DNA of 33,051 nt from a virus (taxonomy: Duplodnaviria; Caudoviricetes). Within the stretch, counting starts at the first letter, position 1. Every line of letters starts with the position of its first letter. Under the pieces are notes generated by a model. That model saw nothing but the letters and a program-made list of their open reading frames with translations, ran no database searches and had not been told where the DNA came from. Of the stretch, positions 1 to 8,742 are shown piece after piece. The DNA lies in the IMG/VR virus record IMGVR_UViG_3300002091_000070, positions 1 to 33,051 of that record; one strand, 5' to 3'. The position numbers and the translations under genes are program-made.

Positions 1-837
1 ATGCCTGTAACTTTGGAGTTTGAGGATAATATGTATTTGCTTAAAAAAACGCCTATGATTAACAAATCATACAACGGAAGCCAATCTATTGAAAGCATAT
101 TAAACGAAGCTTTACAAGTAACAAATAGCACGTTTGGAACTAATTTTAAATGTGAAACTACTTCTAAAACCTTGGTAAGCTGGGATAATTCTTTATTGAC
201 GGCCGAAAATGAAACTTTAGCAACATTTTTAGCGAAATTAAAAAAGGATGCGTTTATATTTACTTATTTTCGTGGCGACACATTAAGAGTTGGGCGTTCA
301 GTTTATATTGATGCAGAAGCGCAAACAAAAACTTTTGAGTTCCAAAACAATATTATTAGTTCCGATTTAAGTTTTAAAAGAAAAGACGACATGGTACTTT
401 CTGCGGTTGCTTCAAATCATATTCAAGAACAAACAGGAACTACAAAAGACGGTAAAGCTAAAATTAAAAATTCACGCATTGAAGTTTTGGTAACTTTGCA
501 AAATGATAAAGTAATTTCAAAAGTTGTAAAATCAGGCGATAAACCCGATCCAAATACAGATGGAGAGAGAAGGACATTTACTTTTTTAGAAGCTAAAAGC
601 GAAGCCGATTTGATAAGATTAGCAACCGAAGCACTAAAAAAATACTATTATAGCGGACTGAAAGGAAAGTTTACAACTTTTGGAACTCCTTACGTTCAAT
701 TTGGGGATCAATGCCAAATTATAAATAATAAACTACCAGAACAAAACGGAGTTTATAAAATAAAAGGAGTAGAATATAGCGGAGGAGTTGAGGGAATGCG
801 ACAAATAATTCAGTTAGATTATAAAGTAAACATATGA
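1..837 (+). CDS. Baseplate hub protein (late control D / Mu gp44-like), probably 5'-truncated by the window
   Basis: C-terminal G(K)FTTFGTPYVQFGD...GVYKIKGVEYSGG..GMRQ pattern typical of hub proteins; directly upstream of spike and wedge genes. Confidence 0.7.
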   Translation: MPVTLEFEDNMYLLKKTPMINKSYNGSQSIESILNEALQVTNSTFGTNFKCETTSKTLVSWDNSLLTAENETLATFLAKLKKDAFIFTYFRGDTLRVGRSVYIDAEAQTKTFEFQNNIISSDLSFKRKDDMVLSAVASNHIQEQTGTTKDGKAKIKNSRIEVLVTLQNDKVISKVVKSGDKPDPNTDGERRTFTFLEAKSEADLIRLATEALKKYYYSGLKGKFTTFGTPYVQFGDQCQIINNKLPEQNGVYKIKGVEYSGGVEGMRQIIQLDYKVNI

Positions 838-1334
838 GTGATTTTAATATAATTTCAGTAATTCAAAACTTATCTGGAAATCAAAACGAGGATAAAGTAA
901 GGCTTTTACAATGCACTGTTAATAGTGTTGATTTAGGAAATAGAACGGCACACGTTACCACAATTACAGGACAAAGTACACTCGATTTCGACGTGCAATT
1001 ACAAGCAGGTGTGGCTGACGGTTTGGTTATCGAGCCTTTGGTTGGTTCTATGGTTTATGTTTTAATGTCAAAATATACGTTACCATTTATAATTCAATAT
1101 AGTGATGTAGTATCTTTGTCTATAAATGGAATCGAATTTGGTGGGCTAGTTAAGGTAATCGAATTAACTCAAAAATTGAATGCAATGGAAAATAAATTAA
1201 ATTCAATAATTACCGCTTACAATTCTCACGTTCACTCGGCTTTAAATACGCCAACAACTTCTTTAATAGTTGGTAATTTAACGCCAACGCAACAAAATGA
1301 AATCGAAAACACAGTTATAAAACACGGTGCATAA
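834..1334 (+). CDS. Baseplate spike (gpV/Mu gp45-like) with HxH metal-binding tip
   Basis: N-terminal OB-fold-like segment (CTVNSVD...P.VGS.V.V); C-terminal YNSHVH motif; position after hub. Confidence 0.75.
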   Translation: MSDFNIISVIQNLSGNQNEDKVRLLQCTVNSVDLGNRTAHVTTITGQSTLDFDVQLQAGVADGLVIEPLVGSMVYVLMSKYTLPFIIQYSDVVSLSINGIEFGGLVKVIELTQKLNAMENKLNSIITAYNSHVHSALNTPTTSLIVGNLTPTQQNEIENTVIKHGA

Positions 1335-1642
1335 TGGCTAGAAAAGATTTTGGATTAGATAAAAATAATGATATAGCTTTTGCGAATGGTGATTTTATAA
1401 TTATAGAAAGCGACCAACAGCATATAGCCGATACTATAAATGCTTATGTTGGTTGGTGGAAAGAATACCCTACAGATGGAGTAGGAATTGGTTATTATCA
1501 AAACTCAGCAGGAGGAGCGCAACAATTGGCTCGAAAGATTAAAATAGAACTTGAAAAAGATGGATATAAAGTTGATAATCCTGTAATAGAGTTTGGAACG
1601 GATGGCAAATTAAATATTTATCCAAATGCAACAATCGTTTAA
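1334..1642 (+). CDS. Baseplate wedge / sheath initiator (gp25/gpW-like)
   Basis: 102 aa, GWWKEYPTDGVG motif, position after spike. Confidence 0.7.
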   Translation: MARKDFGLDKNNDIAFANGDFIIIESDQQHIADTINAYVGWWKEYPTDGVGIGYYQNSAGGAQQLARKIKIELEKDGYKVDNPVIEFGTDGKLNIYPNATIV

Positions 1643-1952
1643 ACCAAGCATCGGAAGTACTATTTTAGATATTTGTTTGAATGTTTATAGTAGTTTAAAT
1701 ATGTTACCAAAATTAATAATTGATAACAATATTCAAAATTTAAATTTTGTAACAGGAATAAATGATACTTTTATATACGATACTGATTTTGTAGTAGATG
1801 AATTTTTACAAAATGATATTATAAAAAATGATTATAAATTTGTAACAGGTGATTTATACATACCAAATGCAAGTTTTACAAACGAAAACTATTTATTAAT
1901 TGAAAGCGGAGCGATTTTACAAAGCGATGCGGGTGATTTATTTTTAATATGA
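1626..1952 (+). CDS. Tail-associated protein (possibly LysM/tail X-like N-terminus)
   Basis: GSTILDICLNVYSS resembles tail X/LysM-like start; overlaps both neighbours. Confidence 0.45.
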   Translation: MQQSFKPSIGSTILDICLNVYSSLNMLPKLIIDNNIQNLNFVTGINDTFIYDTDFVVDEFLQNDIIKNDYKFVTGDLYIPNASFTNENYLLIESGAILQSDAGDLFLI

Positions 1953-3226
1953 GTAAAAAAATTAGTGAATTACCTCCTTATGTAGGAGCGCCAAATCCAA
2001 CAGGGGATATACCTATCTCCATAAACGGAGTAAGTTATAAAATCCAACCCGATTTATTTGGAGGAAATCAAACTTTACAACAGGTATTAGATAACAATCA
2101 CGAATTAGTTGATGATAATAACTTTCAAGGAACAATTGCTGGATTAGAGAATAGTGGAGTCCAGGTAAATGGATTTGGTGGTCAAGCAGCTTCTTATAAC
2201 ACAGGAAATAATGTCAATGCTTTAGGGGCTAAATCAGCTCAATCCAATACAGGGGGTTCTATTAATGCTTTAGGTACAGAATCAGCTCATGGCAATACAG
2301 GAAGCAATGTTAATGCCTTTGGAGATACAGCCGCTTATGGTAATACAGGAAACAATGTAAATGCTTTTGGCACAAGCTCGGCATTAGCTAATACAGGGGG
2401 TTATATTAATGCTTTAGGATTTGAGGCTGCTCTTAATAATACAGGTAATAATGTAAATGCTTTTGGGGTTGAGTCTGCCAAAGAAAACACTGGAAACAGT
2501 ATAAATGCATTAGGAGGGGAATCTGCTAAAAATAATAGCGGAAGTGATGTAAATGCTTTAGGGAATAGTTCTGCTGCTGAGAACACTGGGAGTTATATTA
2601 ATGCTCTAGGAATCTATTCTGCTGCTGAAAATGCTGGAAATAATGTAAATGCTTTTGGTCCAGATTCTGCTAGAAATAATACTGGGGGCAATATAAATGC
2701 TATTGGTGAAAGTGCGGCTAATGGCAGTATTGGGGATGATGTTAATGCTTTAGGAAGTAGTGCAGCTTCTACAAACACAGGAAACAATGTCAATGCATTA
2801 GGAAATAGTGCAGCATCAAATAATACAGGTGATGAGATAAATGCTTTAGGAAATAATGCAGCATTAAATAATACAGGTTATAGAGTAAATGCTTTAGGGT
2901 ATGGAGCCGCTAATGGTAATATAGGCAGTGCTGTAAATGCTTTAGGTCAAGCATCTGCTCAAGAAAATACCGGGAGTGGTGTTAATGCATTAGGAAATGC
3001 AGCCGCTTATGGTAATACAGGAGATAATGTTAATGCTTTTGGTGATAGCGCTGGAGCTAGCAACACAATATCAGGAGCTACAATATTCTCAAATACTTCC
3101 ATGCCTTCATATTTAGACTATGCTGCTGCATCTGCTGCTATAACCGTAGCTTTAGGAGGTTCTGCGGATTGCACATATTTATATCACGACCAAACAACAA
3201 ATTCAATAGGAGCAGTAAGATTATGA
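1949..3226 (+). CDS. Fibre/adhesin with 19 x 16-aa beta-roll-type repeats
   Basis: MSKKISELP N-terminus; repeat consensus NTGxxVNA(L/F)GxxAAxx; tail context. Confidence 0.65.
   Translation: MSKKISELPPYVGAPNPTGDIPISINGVSYKIQPDLFGGNQTLQQVLDNNHELVDDNNFQGTIAGLENSGVQVNGFGGQAASYNTGNNVNALGAKSAQSNTGGSINALGTESAHGNTGSNVNAFGDTAAYGNTGNNVNAFGTSSALANTGGYINALGFEAALNNTGNNVNAFGVESAKENTGNSINALGGESAKNNSGSDVNALGNSSAAENTGSYINALGIYSAAENAGNNVNAFGPDSARNNTGGNINAIGESAANGSIGDDVNALGSSAASTNTGNNVNALGNSAASNNTGDEINALGNNAALNNTGYRVNALGYGAANGNIGSAVNALGQASAQENTGSGVNALGNAAAYGNTGDNVNAFGDSAGASNTISGATIFSNTSMPSYLDYAAASAAITVALGGSADCTYLYHDQTTNSIGAVRL
2150..3061 (+). repeat. Degenerate 48-bp coding tandem repeat (19 units)
   Basis: Counted from translation, aa 68-371 of the 1949..3226 ORF. 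Confidence 0.85.
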
Positions 3227-3540
3227 TAGTACAAAACTTTACAGATTGTTTAAAAGGAGATAGCTTTGGAGCAAAGACCGTTAATATATCAATTGATATT
3301 ACAACAATTGATATTCGTTGCCAATTTAGACAAGGATCAAAAACAGGCGATTTAATGAAGGATGCCGTAATAACAAAAACTGGAGCAAATCAATTCATAA
3401 TAGGAGATTTTATAGTTGATTGGGATGCGGATTTAACATATTACTATGATGTGCAATTTATCTACGTAGGCGGTAAAACAAAAACTTATTTTGGTGGTTC
3501 ATTTAATGTTATACAAGATGTAACTCAACCCGTAATATAA
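3223..3540 (+). CDS. BppU-like / fibre adaptor protein (start likely ATG 3223, ATGA overlap)
   Basis: KGDSF...YYYDVQF...KTYFGGSFNVIQDVT pattern of BppU-like Ig folds; lies between fibre genes. Confidence 0.55.
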   Translation: MIVQNFTDCLKGDSFGAKTVNISIDITTIDIRCQFRQGSKTGDLMKDAVITKTGANQFIIGDFIVDWDADLTYYYDVQFIYVGGKTKTYFGGSFNVIQDVTQPVI

Positions 3541-5567
3541 TGGCAGAAGAAATTATTAACATCGAAATAGTAGAGGAAGTTGAAAATATTAACATCGTAG
3601 TTGAAGAAATTATTGAGGATGTTACTATTACTATTCAAGAACCTAGTAAAACTTCCGATTTAGTTAATGATGGTGCTGACGGTGTACATCCGTTTATTAC
3701 TTTGGAAGATATACCTACTTCTGCTCAAGATTTACAATCTGTTACAGATAATGGAAATCATACTACTAATGATATTATTGTAGAAAATGAAGCTTATTAT
3801 AGTTTAATTCAACCAAGCGATATTGGAACTGAAAATAAAACTACAGGTTCTTATACTTATTTAGGTGGTGATGGAGAAATTGGAATTAAAACTAATAATG
3901 TAGAGGGAGTTATTAAGACTACTAATTTATCAAATGGTTTAACTTTAGAATTCCCTGATAAAGTTGGAAGTAAAACTATTGCAACTACTGAAGATATTCC
4001 AAGTATTACAGGTTTGGCCACTACAATCTATGTAGATAATCAAGATGCTTTAAAAGTTGATAAGATAACAGGAAAAGGATTAAGCACAAATGATTATACA
4101 ACTGCAGAACAAACTAAATTATCGGGAATTCAAGCAGGGGCAGAAGTAAATATAAATGCTGATTGGAATGCTACAAGTGGTGATGCTCAAATTTTAAATA
4201 AGCCTACTATACCCTCTACAACTAATTTAGTACCTTACACAGGTGCTAATTCAGATGTTGATTTAGGTACAAAAAATTTAAAGGTTAATAATGTTTTTGA
4301 GGGATTTACTTCGGTAACTGCTTCGGGTACTCAAATAGTATTAATAACAACTTCAACCCCATCATATTTAGTTACAGGAAGTGGTGGGCAAACAATAAAA
4401 TTACCAAATGCCACAACTTTACAAAATGGCGCAATTTTTGATTTTAATAATAATCAATCAAGCGGTGTAATTTCAGTAAATAATAATTCAAACACTTTAG
4501 TCAAATCAATCCCGTCGGGGGGTTATTTAGTTTTAACATTAATAGATAATTCAACATCTGCTGGAAGTTGGGACGCACATTTTCAAGCACCATCTAACGT
4601 TAGCTGGAGTACTAATACTTTTGATGTTCCCGCTTCAATTACTTCGGCTACTTGGAATGGTGTATCTATTGCGGACAATAGAATTGCAAGTGCTACTACT
4701 TGGAATGCAAAAGAGGATAGTAGCAACAAAGTAACTACTTTTATAGGTAATGAAACAAGCACAATTAAATTCCCAGTTGTAAAAGCTATTTTAGATTATT
4801 TTTCTGCTGCAAATATTAAAACTATTTTAGGAATTACAATTTTGTCAGGCAGTAATACTGGTGACCAAGATTTAAGCGGATATGTTCCAACAACTAGAAC
4901 AATAAATAGTAAAGCGTTAAGTAGTAATATTACATTAACCACTGCTGATATTGCAGATAGTACAGGTAAAAGATACCAAACTGAAAATCAAAATAGTTAT
5001 AACGATGCTACTAGTTCTATACAAACGCAATTAAATAGCAGGCTTTTAGGTGTTCACACAATTAAAAAACCTTATACTGGACAAAAAATATTACCTATTG
5101 TTAATGCTAATCCTACAGCTGCAGCTCTTGGTGTTGCAAATAGATTAATAGCAATTCCTTATATTCCAAATATATCATATACTTCAGCAGATTTATATAT
5201 AAATATTCTTACACTATTAGCGGCTTCAAATGCAAGAATATTGATTTATTCCGATTTAAACTTTTCTCCTGACCAAAAATTGTATGAAAGTGCGAATTTA
5301 GATTGCTCAACAATTGGAATTAAAACAGCTACAACTTCTTTTTCTTTTGTAGCAGGAACAGTTTATTGGTTGTGCGTTCATAGTTCATCTACCCAAACAT
5401 TTACTGGTTTAAATCCAATAGGTTTAATGTGTATAGGTTCATCAGGAACTGCTTTTTACACAAATGCAATAATTACTCCAACATTTGGCTCTGCGCCAAC
5501 AACATTTGGAACTCCATCCTATAACTCATCAGTAACACCTTATTTAGTAGGTATAACACCAGCATAA
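3540..5567 (+). CDS. Long tail/head fibre protein
   Basis: Thr/Ser/Gly/Asn-rich; contains KVDKITGKGLSTNDYT...KLSGI...ADWNATSGDAQILNKP and LSGSNTGDQDLS fibre modules. Confidence 0.7.
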   Translation: MAEEIINIEIVEEVENINIVVEEIIEDVTITIQEPSKTSDLVNDGADGVHPFITLEDIPTSAQDLQSVTDNGNHTTNDIIVENEAYYSLIQPSDIGTENKTTGSYTYLGGDGEIGIKTNNVEGVIKTTNLSNGLTLEFPDKVGSKTIATTEDIPSITGLATTIYVDNQDALKVDKITGKGLSTNDYTTAEQTKLSGIQAGAEVNINADWNATSGDAQILNKPTIPSTTNLVPYTGANSDVDLGTKNLKVNNVFEGFTSVTASGTQIVLITTSTPSYLVTGSGGQTIKLPNATTLQNGAIFDFNNNQSSGVISVNNNSNTLVKSIPSGGYLVLTLIDNSTSAGSWDAHFQAPSNVSWSTNTFDVPASITSATWNGVSIADNRIASATTWNAKEDSSNKVTTFIGNETSTIKFPVVKAILDYFSAANIKTILGITILSGSNTGDQDLSGYVPTTRTINSKALSSNITLTTADIADSTGKRYQTENQNSYNDATSSIQTQLNSRLLGVHTIKKPYTGQKILPIVNANPTAAALGVANRLIAIPYIPNISYTSADLYINILTLLAASNARILIYSDLNFSPDQKLYESANLDCSTIGIKTATTSFSFVAGTVYWLCVHSSSTQTFTGLNPIGLMCIGSSGTAFYTNAIITPTFGSAPTTFGTPSYNSSVTPYLVGITPA

Positions 5568-5571
5568 AAAT

Positions 5572-5724
5572 ATGAAAACAATAAGAAACGAAATATACGA
5601 TGATAACGGACTTGTAAGAGTTGAATTTATAGAGGTTGAAGAACAAACAACAGAAGAAATTTTGGCTGAAAAACAAGCTGAATTATTAAAGATTTATAAA
5701 GAAATACAAGATTTACAAAAATGA
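5572..5724 (+). CDS. Small protein, possible fibre assembly chaperone (50 aa; not in ORF track)
   Basis: MKTIRNEIYDDNGLVRVEFIEVEEQTTEEILAEKQAELLKIYKEIQDLQK; follows fibre; ATGA overlap with next gene. Confidence 0.55.
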   Translation: MKTIRNEIYDDNGLVRVEFIEVEEQTTEEILAEKQAELLKIYKEIQDLQK

Positions 5725-5894
5725 TACAAAAAACTAATATACAAGGCATAATAGCTTTAATAATTATAGCCGTTGGTTTATATATTTTAGGATGGACTTC
5801 TCCTGAAAATGATGTTAAAATAGCTGTAGTAGGTTTAATGGGTTCTGTTATTGGTTATTATTTTGGAAACTCTAAAAAGCAAAGCAATGAATAA
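5721..5894 (+). CDS. Holin-like two-TM protein (57 aa; not in ORF track)
   Basis: MIQKTNIQGIIALIIIAVGLYILGW...IAVVGLMGSVIGYYFGNSKK; two hydrophobic helices, GYYFG motif, basic tail. Confidence 0.65.
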   Translation: MIQKTNIQGIIALIIIAVGLYILGWTSPENDVKIAVVGLMGSVIGYYFGNSKKQSNE

Positions 5895-6084
5895 TCACGG
5901 ACATAGCTTTTTAAGTATATTTTTTGGAGCAGGATTAAGTATTTTTTCTTATATTGCCGAAAATCCACTTATTCAAGACGCGCAACAACTGTTTAAGGTT
6001 ATGATTTTTGGTATATTAGGGGGTGCATTTGGTTATTTTGGAAAATTAATAGCAATTAAAATTCATAAACAATTTAAAAAATGA
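5887..6084 (+). CDS. Second two-TM membrane protein (holin/antiholin candidate); start likely ATG 5887
   Basis: Two hydrophobic segments and basic C-terminus (KIHKQFKK); upstream of endolysin candidate. Confidence 0.55.
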   Translation: MNNHGHSFLSIFFGAGLSIFSYIAENPLIQDAQQLFKVMIFGILGGAFGYFGKLIAIKIHKQFKK

Positions 6085-6254
6085 AAATAGGTGATTTTTA
6101 TTATGATGAAATTTTAGGATATTGTGTGATTGTAGATATTTTTAAATTTAATAAAATAAAAATAAAATATAATAGCTTGAATTTACAAGGATTTAACGAA
6201 AAAAGAACTAAAATAATTACACAATATGAAACTACTTTTAAAAAGACTGCATAA
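6081..6254 (+). CDS. Hypothetical protein (57 aa; not in ORF track)
   Basis: ATGA overlap with previous gene; MKIGDFYYDEILGYCVIV...; fills the gap before the endolysin candidate. Confidence 0.4.
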   Translation: MKIGDFYYDEILGYCVIVDIFKFNKIKIKYNSLNLQGFNEKRTKIITQYETTFKKTA

Positions 6255-6618
6255 AACAGATAATTCTACAATCGGAGAATTATCAATAGACGGTAAATTT
6301 GAATGTTATACACTTGAAGATGTAGAAAGAAAAGAAAAAGTTTTCGGAAAAACTGCTATTCCTAAAGGAACTTATGAAGTTATAATGACAATGAGTAACA
6401 GATTTAAAAAAATGATGCCTTTGCTTTTAAATGTACCAGATTATGCAGGGGTAAGAATTCACTCAGGAAATAAAGCAGAAGATACTGAAGGATGCATACT
6501 TTTAGGACAAACAAGAAGCAATGATTTTATAGGTGGCTCACGTGATGCAATAGCTAAATTTTATCCTAAATTAGAAGCAGGTTTAAAAGTCGGTAAAGTT
6601 TACCTAACAATCGAGTAA
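6226..6618 (+). CDS. DUF5675-family protein, putative endolysin
   Basis: STIGEL...CYTLE...IPKGTY...VRIHSGN...DTEGCILLG; next to holin-like genes. Confidence 0.75.
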   Translation: MKLLLKRLHKTDNSTIGELSIDGKFECYTLEDVERKEKVFGKTAIPKGTYEVIMTMSNRFKKMMPLLLNVPDYAGVRIHSGNKAEDTEGCILLGQTRSNDFIGGSRDAIAKFYPKLEAGLKVGKVYLTIE

Positions 6619-7824
6619 ATGCCAAAACCATCATTTAGGTTAAAGCCATACGAAGCGATAGCTTTAGGTTTAAAAGTTAAAGACAGGTCTACTAATTCTT
6701 ATCCAAAATATTATTTAAATGAGCAAGAAGTAAAAGAACTTTTAAAACTTCGTAATTTACACAAATCAGAATTTAAAGAGGTTAAAAGAACTTTAAACAA
6801 AGATGGAGAAGTAATTACAAAGGTTGAAAAATTAACCTCAAAGGAATTAATTGATATACCTTTAAACCATCAAATTAAAAGGGTTAGTACAAATGTAGGG
6901 ACTAATCAGCAGTGGGTAATTACTGAACCTATAAAAGAAATTGATGTTGAAAAAGAGATTGATTTTTTAAGCATTTTTAAGGATAAAATAGAAGCTATCC
7001 AAATAAATAACAAATCTAAAAATGTAGCGAAATTTGATAGGGCTGTAATTACAGATGTACATATTGGAATGGATGTAAACAAAGACGGATTTAGTTTATA
7101 TAATGGGTTATGGAATGAAGAACAGATATTTAAAAGACTTGAAATTTTTGTAAATGAAATAATTAAAAATAAAAAATCAAATACTTTATTTTTAAATGAA
7201 TTGGGTGATTATTTGGATGGATGGAATGGAGAAACTACAAGAGGTGGCCACAAGTTACCGCAGAATATGGATAACCAAAAAGCATTCGATATTGCTTTAT
7301 TGTTTAAAATCCGTTTAATAGATGCTTTATTTTTATATTATAATAAAATAAAATTTGTAAATATCTGTAATGATAATCACGCTGGAAGTTTTGGATATAT
7401 CGTTAATTCAGCATTTAAAACTTACATAGAGTTGAAATATCCTAATAATATAGAAGTAATTAACCAAAGGAAATTTATAGACCATTACATAATAGATAAT
7501 CGTTGCTTTATACTTTCGCATGGGAAAGATGATAAAAGCCTTAAATTTGGCTTTAAACCTAATTTAGATGCTATACAGATTGAAAAAATAAAAAACTATA
7601 TTGATGAATATAAATTATACGGCTACAAAATAGAATTTAGTAAAGGAGATAGTCATCAGCTTTTATTTGACCATACAAGCAGCACAGCTTTTGAATATCA
7701 AAACTTTGGAGCATTTAGTCCGCCATCGGATTGGGTTAAAACCAATTTTAAGAACACATTAAGTAGTTTCACAACTTTTAATTATTATGAAACACAAAAA
7801 ACAATTAACCACTTTATTTTTTAA
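6619..7824 (+). CDS. Calcineurin-like metallophosphoesterase with N-terminal extension
   Basis: Motifs TDVHIG, LGDYLDG, NDNH, SHG, GDSHQ in canonical order. Confidence 0.7.
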   Translation: MPKPSFRLKPYEAIALGLKVKDRSTNSYPKYYLNEQEVKELLKLRNLHKSEFKEVKRTLNKDGEVITKVEKLTSKELIDIPLNHQIKRVSTNVGTNQQWVITEPIKEIDVEKEIDFLSIFKDKIEAIQINNKSKNVAKFDRAVITDVHIGMDVNKDGFSLYNGLWNEEQIFKRLEIFVNEIIKNKKSNTLFLNELGDYLDGWNGETTRGGHKLPQNMDNQKAFDIALLFKIRLIDALFLYYNKIKFVNICNDNHAGSFGYIVNSAFKTYIELKYPNNIEVINQRKFIDHYIIDNRCFILSHGKDDKSLKFGFKPNLDAIQIEKIKNYIDEYKLYGYKIEFSKGDSHQLLFDHTSSTAFEYQNFGAFSPPSDWVKTNFKNTLSSFTTFNYYETQKTINHFIF

Positions 7825-7826
7825 TT

Positions 7827-7988
7827 ATGAATAATATCCCAGAACCGATTAAGAATTTACTAGATGGAGCAGCCACAGAATATGCTTCAAGTCCTTCAAC
7901 AACAAACGCAGGTTTCTTTTTACGTTTGATTTGTAAGTTTATCAAACCTACAACGATAATAAAAATGTTTGCTCACAAATTAAGTTAG
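7827..7988 (+). CDS. Hypothetical protein (53 aa; not in ORF track)
   Basis: MNNIPEPIKNLLDGAATEYASSPSTTNAGFFLRLICKFIKPTTIIKMFAHKLS; starts 2 nt after upstream stop. Confidence 0.55.
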   Translation: MNNIPEPIKNLLDGAATEYASSPSTTNAGFFLRLICKFIKPTTIIKMFAHKLS

Positions 7989-8076
7989 TTATTTGATGTA
8001 ATCGGGAATGAATACCGACAAGGGTAGCACGTTGCAAATACTGCAATTTATAAGGGTTCGAATCCCTTAATGACTA
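7987..8076 (+). ncRNA. tRNA-like element (non-canonical D and anticodon arms)
   Basis: Acceptor stem AGTTATT/AATGACT; T-arm AAGGG-TTCGAAT-CCCTT; TTGCA/TGCAA stem; extra TCGG/CCGA hairpin in D-loop. Confidence 0.6.
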
Positions 8077-8079
8077 ATT

Positions 8080-8106
8080 AAACCACTCTTTTAGGGTGGT
8101 TTTTTT
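8080..8106 (+). terminator. Intrinsic terminator ending late/lysis transcript
   Basis: AAACCACTC/GGGTGGTTT stem followed by T-run. Confidence 0.8.
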
Positions 8107-8163
8107 ATATCTATTTACGTATAAAATCAAGATTTATAAGGCTTTTATATTCATTTACGTATA
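8103..8163. repeat. Two 21-bp direct repeats, 40-bp period (TTTTATATnnATTTACGTATA)
   Basis: 8103-8123 and 8143-8163; each contains the palindrome TACGTA. Confidence 0.7.
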
Positions 8164-8171
8164 GTATCACT

Positions 8172-8190
8172 ATTTATAATCATTATAAAT
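8172..8190. promoter_or_regulatory. 19-bp palindrome ATTTATAAT-C-ATTATAAAT (Fur-box-like operator)
   Basis: Perfect 9-1-9 inverted repeat upstream of the early promoter; near-identical to 28373-28391. Confidence 0.55.
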
Positions 8191-8223
8191 TATCTATTAA
8201 ATGCAAAATAATTAGTAAATAAT

Positions 8224-8253
8224 TTTTGCGCATTAAATTATTGTCTATATTTG
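8224..8253 (+). promoter_or_regulatory. Bacteroidota housekeeping-sigma promoter for early genes
   Basis: TTTG near 8225 and TATATTTG at 8246-8253 (-33/-7 consensus). Confidence 0.75.
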
Positions 8254-8285
8254 TACTCAGATAACAACAAATAAAAAATAATCAA

Positions 8286-8375
8286 ATGAAACACTTTTTA
8301 CAGCACAAAAAACCGCAATTAACATTTGCATTTATTATTTTAATTTATTTTATAACTCAAATCGTAAGAATATGA
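8286..8375 (+). CDS. Small single-TM peptide (29 aa)
   Basis: MKHFLQHKKPQLTFAFIILIYFITQIVRI; first ATG after promoter with A-rich leader; ATGA overlap with next gene. Confidence 0.5.
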   Translation: MKHFLQHKKPQLTFAFIILIYFITQIVRI

Positions 8376-8518
8376 AAAAACCCGTAGGACGCCCCAAGAA
8401 GTGGCAAGAAAAAACAGAACTAAAACGCTTTCATCAGTACCTACCATTAAAAGCGTTCCCCGAAATTTTAAAAGCAATAGATGTAATTTGTAAAACATAT
8501 AGAAATGACAAAATATAA
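8372..8518 (+). CDS. Small DNA-binding protein with AT-hook-like GRPKK (48 aa)
   Basis: MKKPVGRPKKWQEKTELKRF...; early position. Confidence 0.55.
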   Translation: MKKPVGRPKKWQEKTELKRFHQYLPLKAFPEILKAIDVICKTYRNDKI

Positions 8519-8741
8519 AAACGATCCGACAGAAGATTACGACTTCGAGCCAAGCGTATCAGACAATTTTTGGCTATCTCAAGACGACCAAAGCGATGAA
8601 GCTAAAGAATATGTAAACGAGTTAGAAAAAAAAATTAGAGATGCTAAAAACGACTTAAAATTCCTTTATGATTTAGCAAAGCAAACGGAACTTACTTACT
8701 ACGAAAATAAAATAAATCAAATAATCAATAAATTAAAATAA
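8505..8741 (+). CDS. Hypothetical protein (acidic N-terminus, coiled coil)
   Basis: ORF track; tightly packed with neighbours. Confidence 0.6.
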   Translation: MTKYKNDPTEDYDFEPSVSDNFWLSQDDQSDEAKEYVNELEKKIRDAKNDLKFLYDLAKQTELTYYENKINQIINKLK

Positions 8742-8742
8742 A

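Noticed and set aside
2150-3061. Ice-nucleation protein (same 16-aa period)
   Set aside because: Lacks AGYGSTxTA and regular TxT motifs; fits an adhesin beta-roll better.
7987-8076. Functional canonical tRNA gene
   Set aside because: Anticodon loop is 5 nt, or 7 nt without U33, and the D-loop has a large insertion; kept only as tRNA-like.
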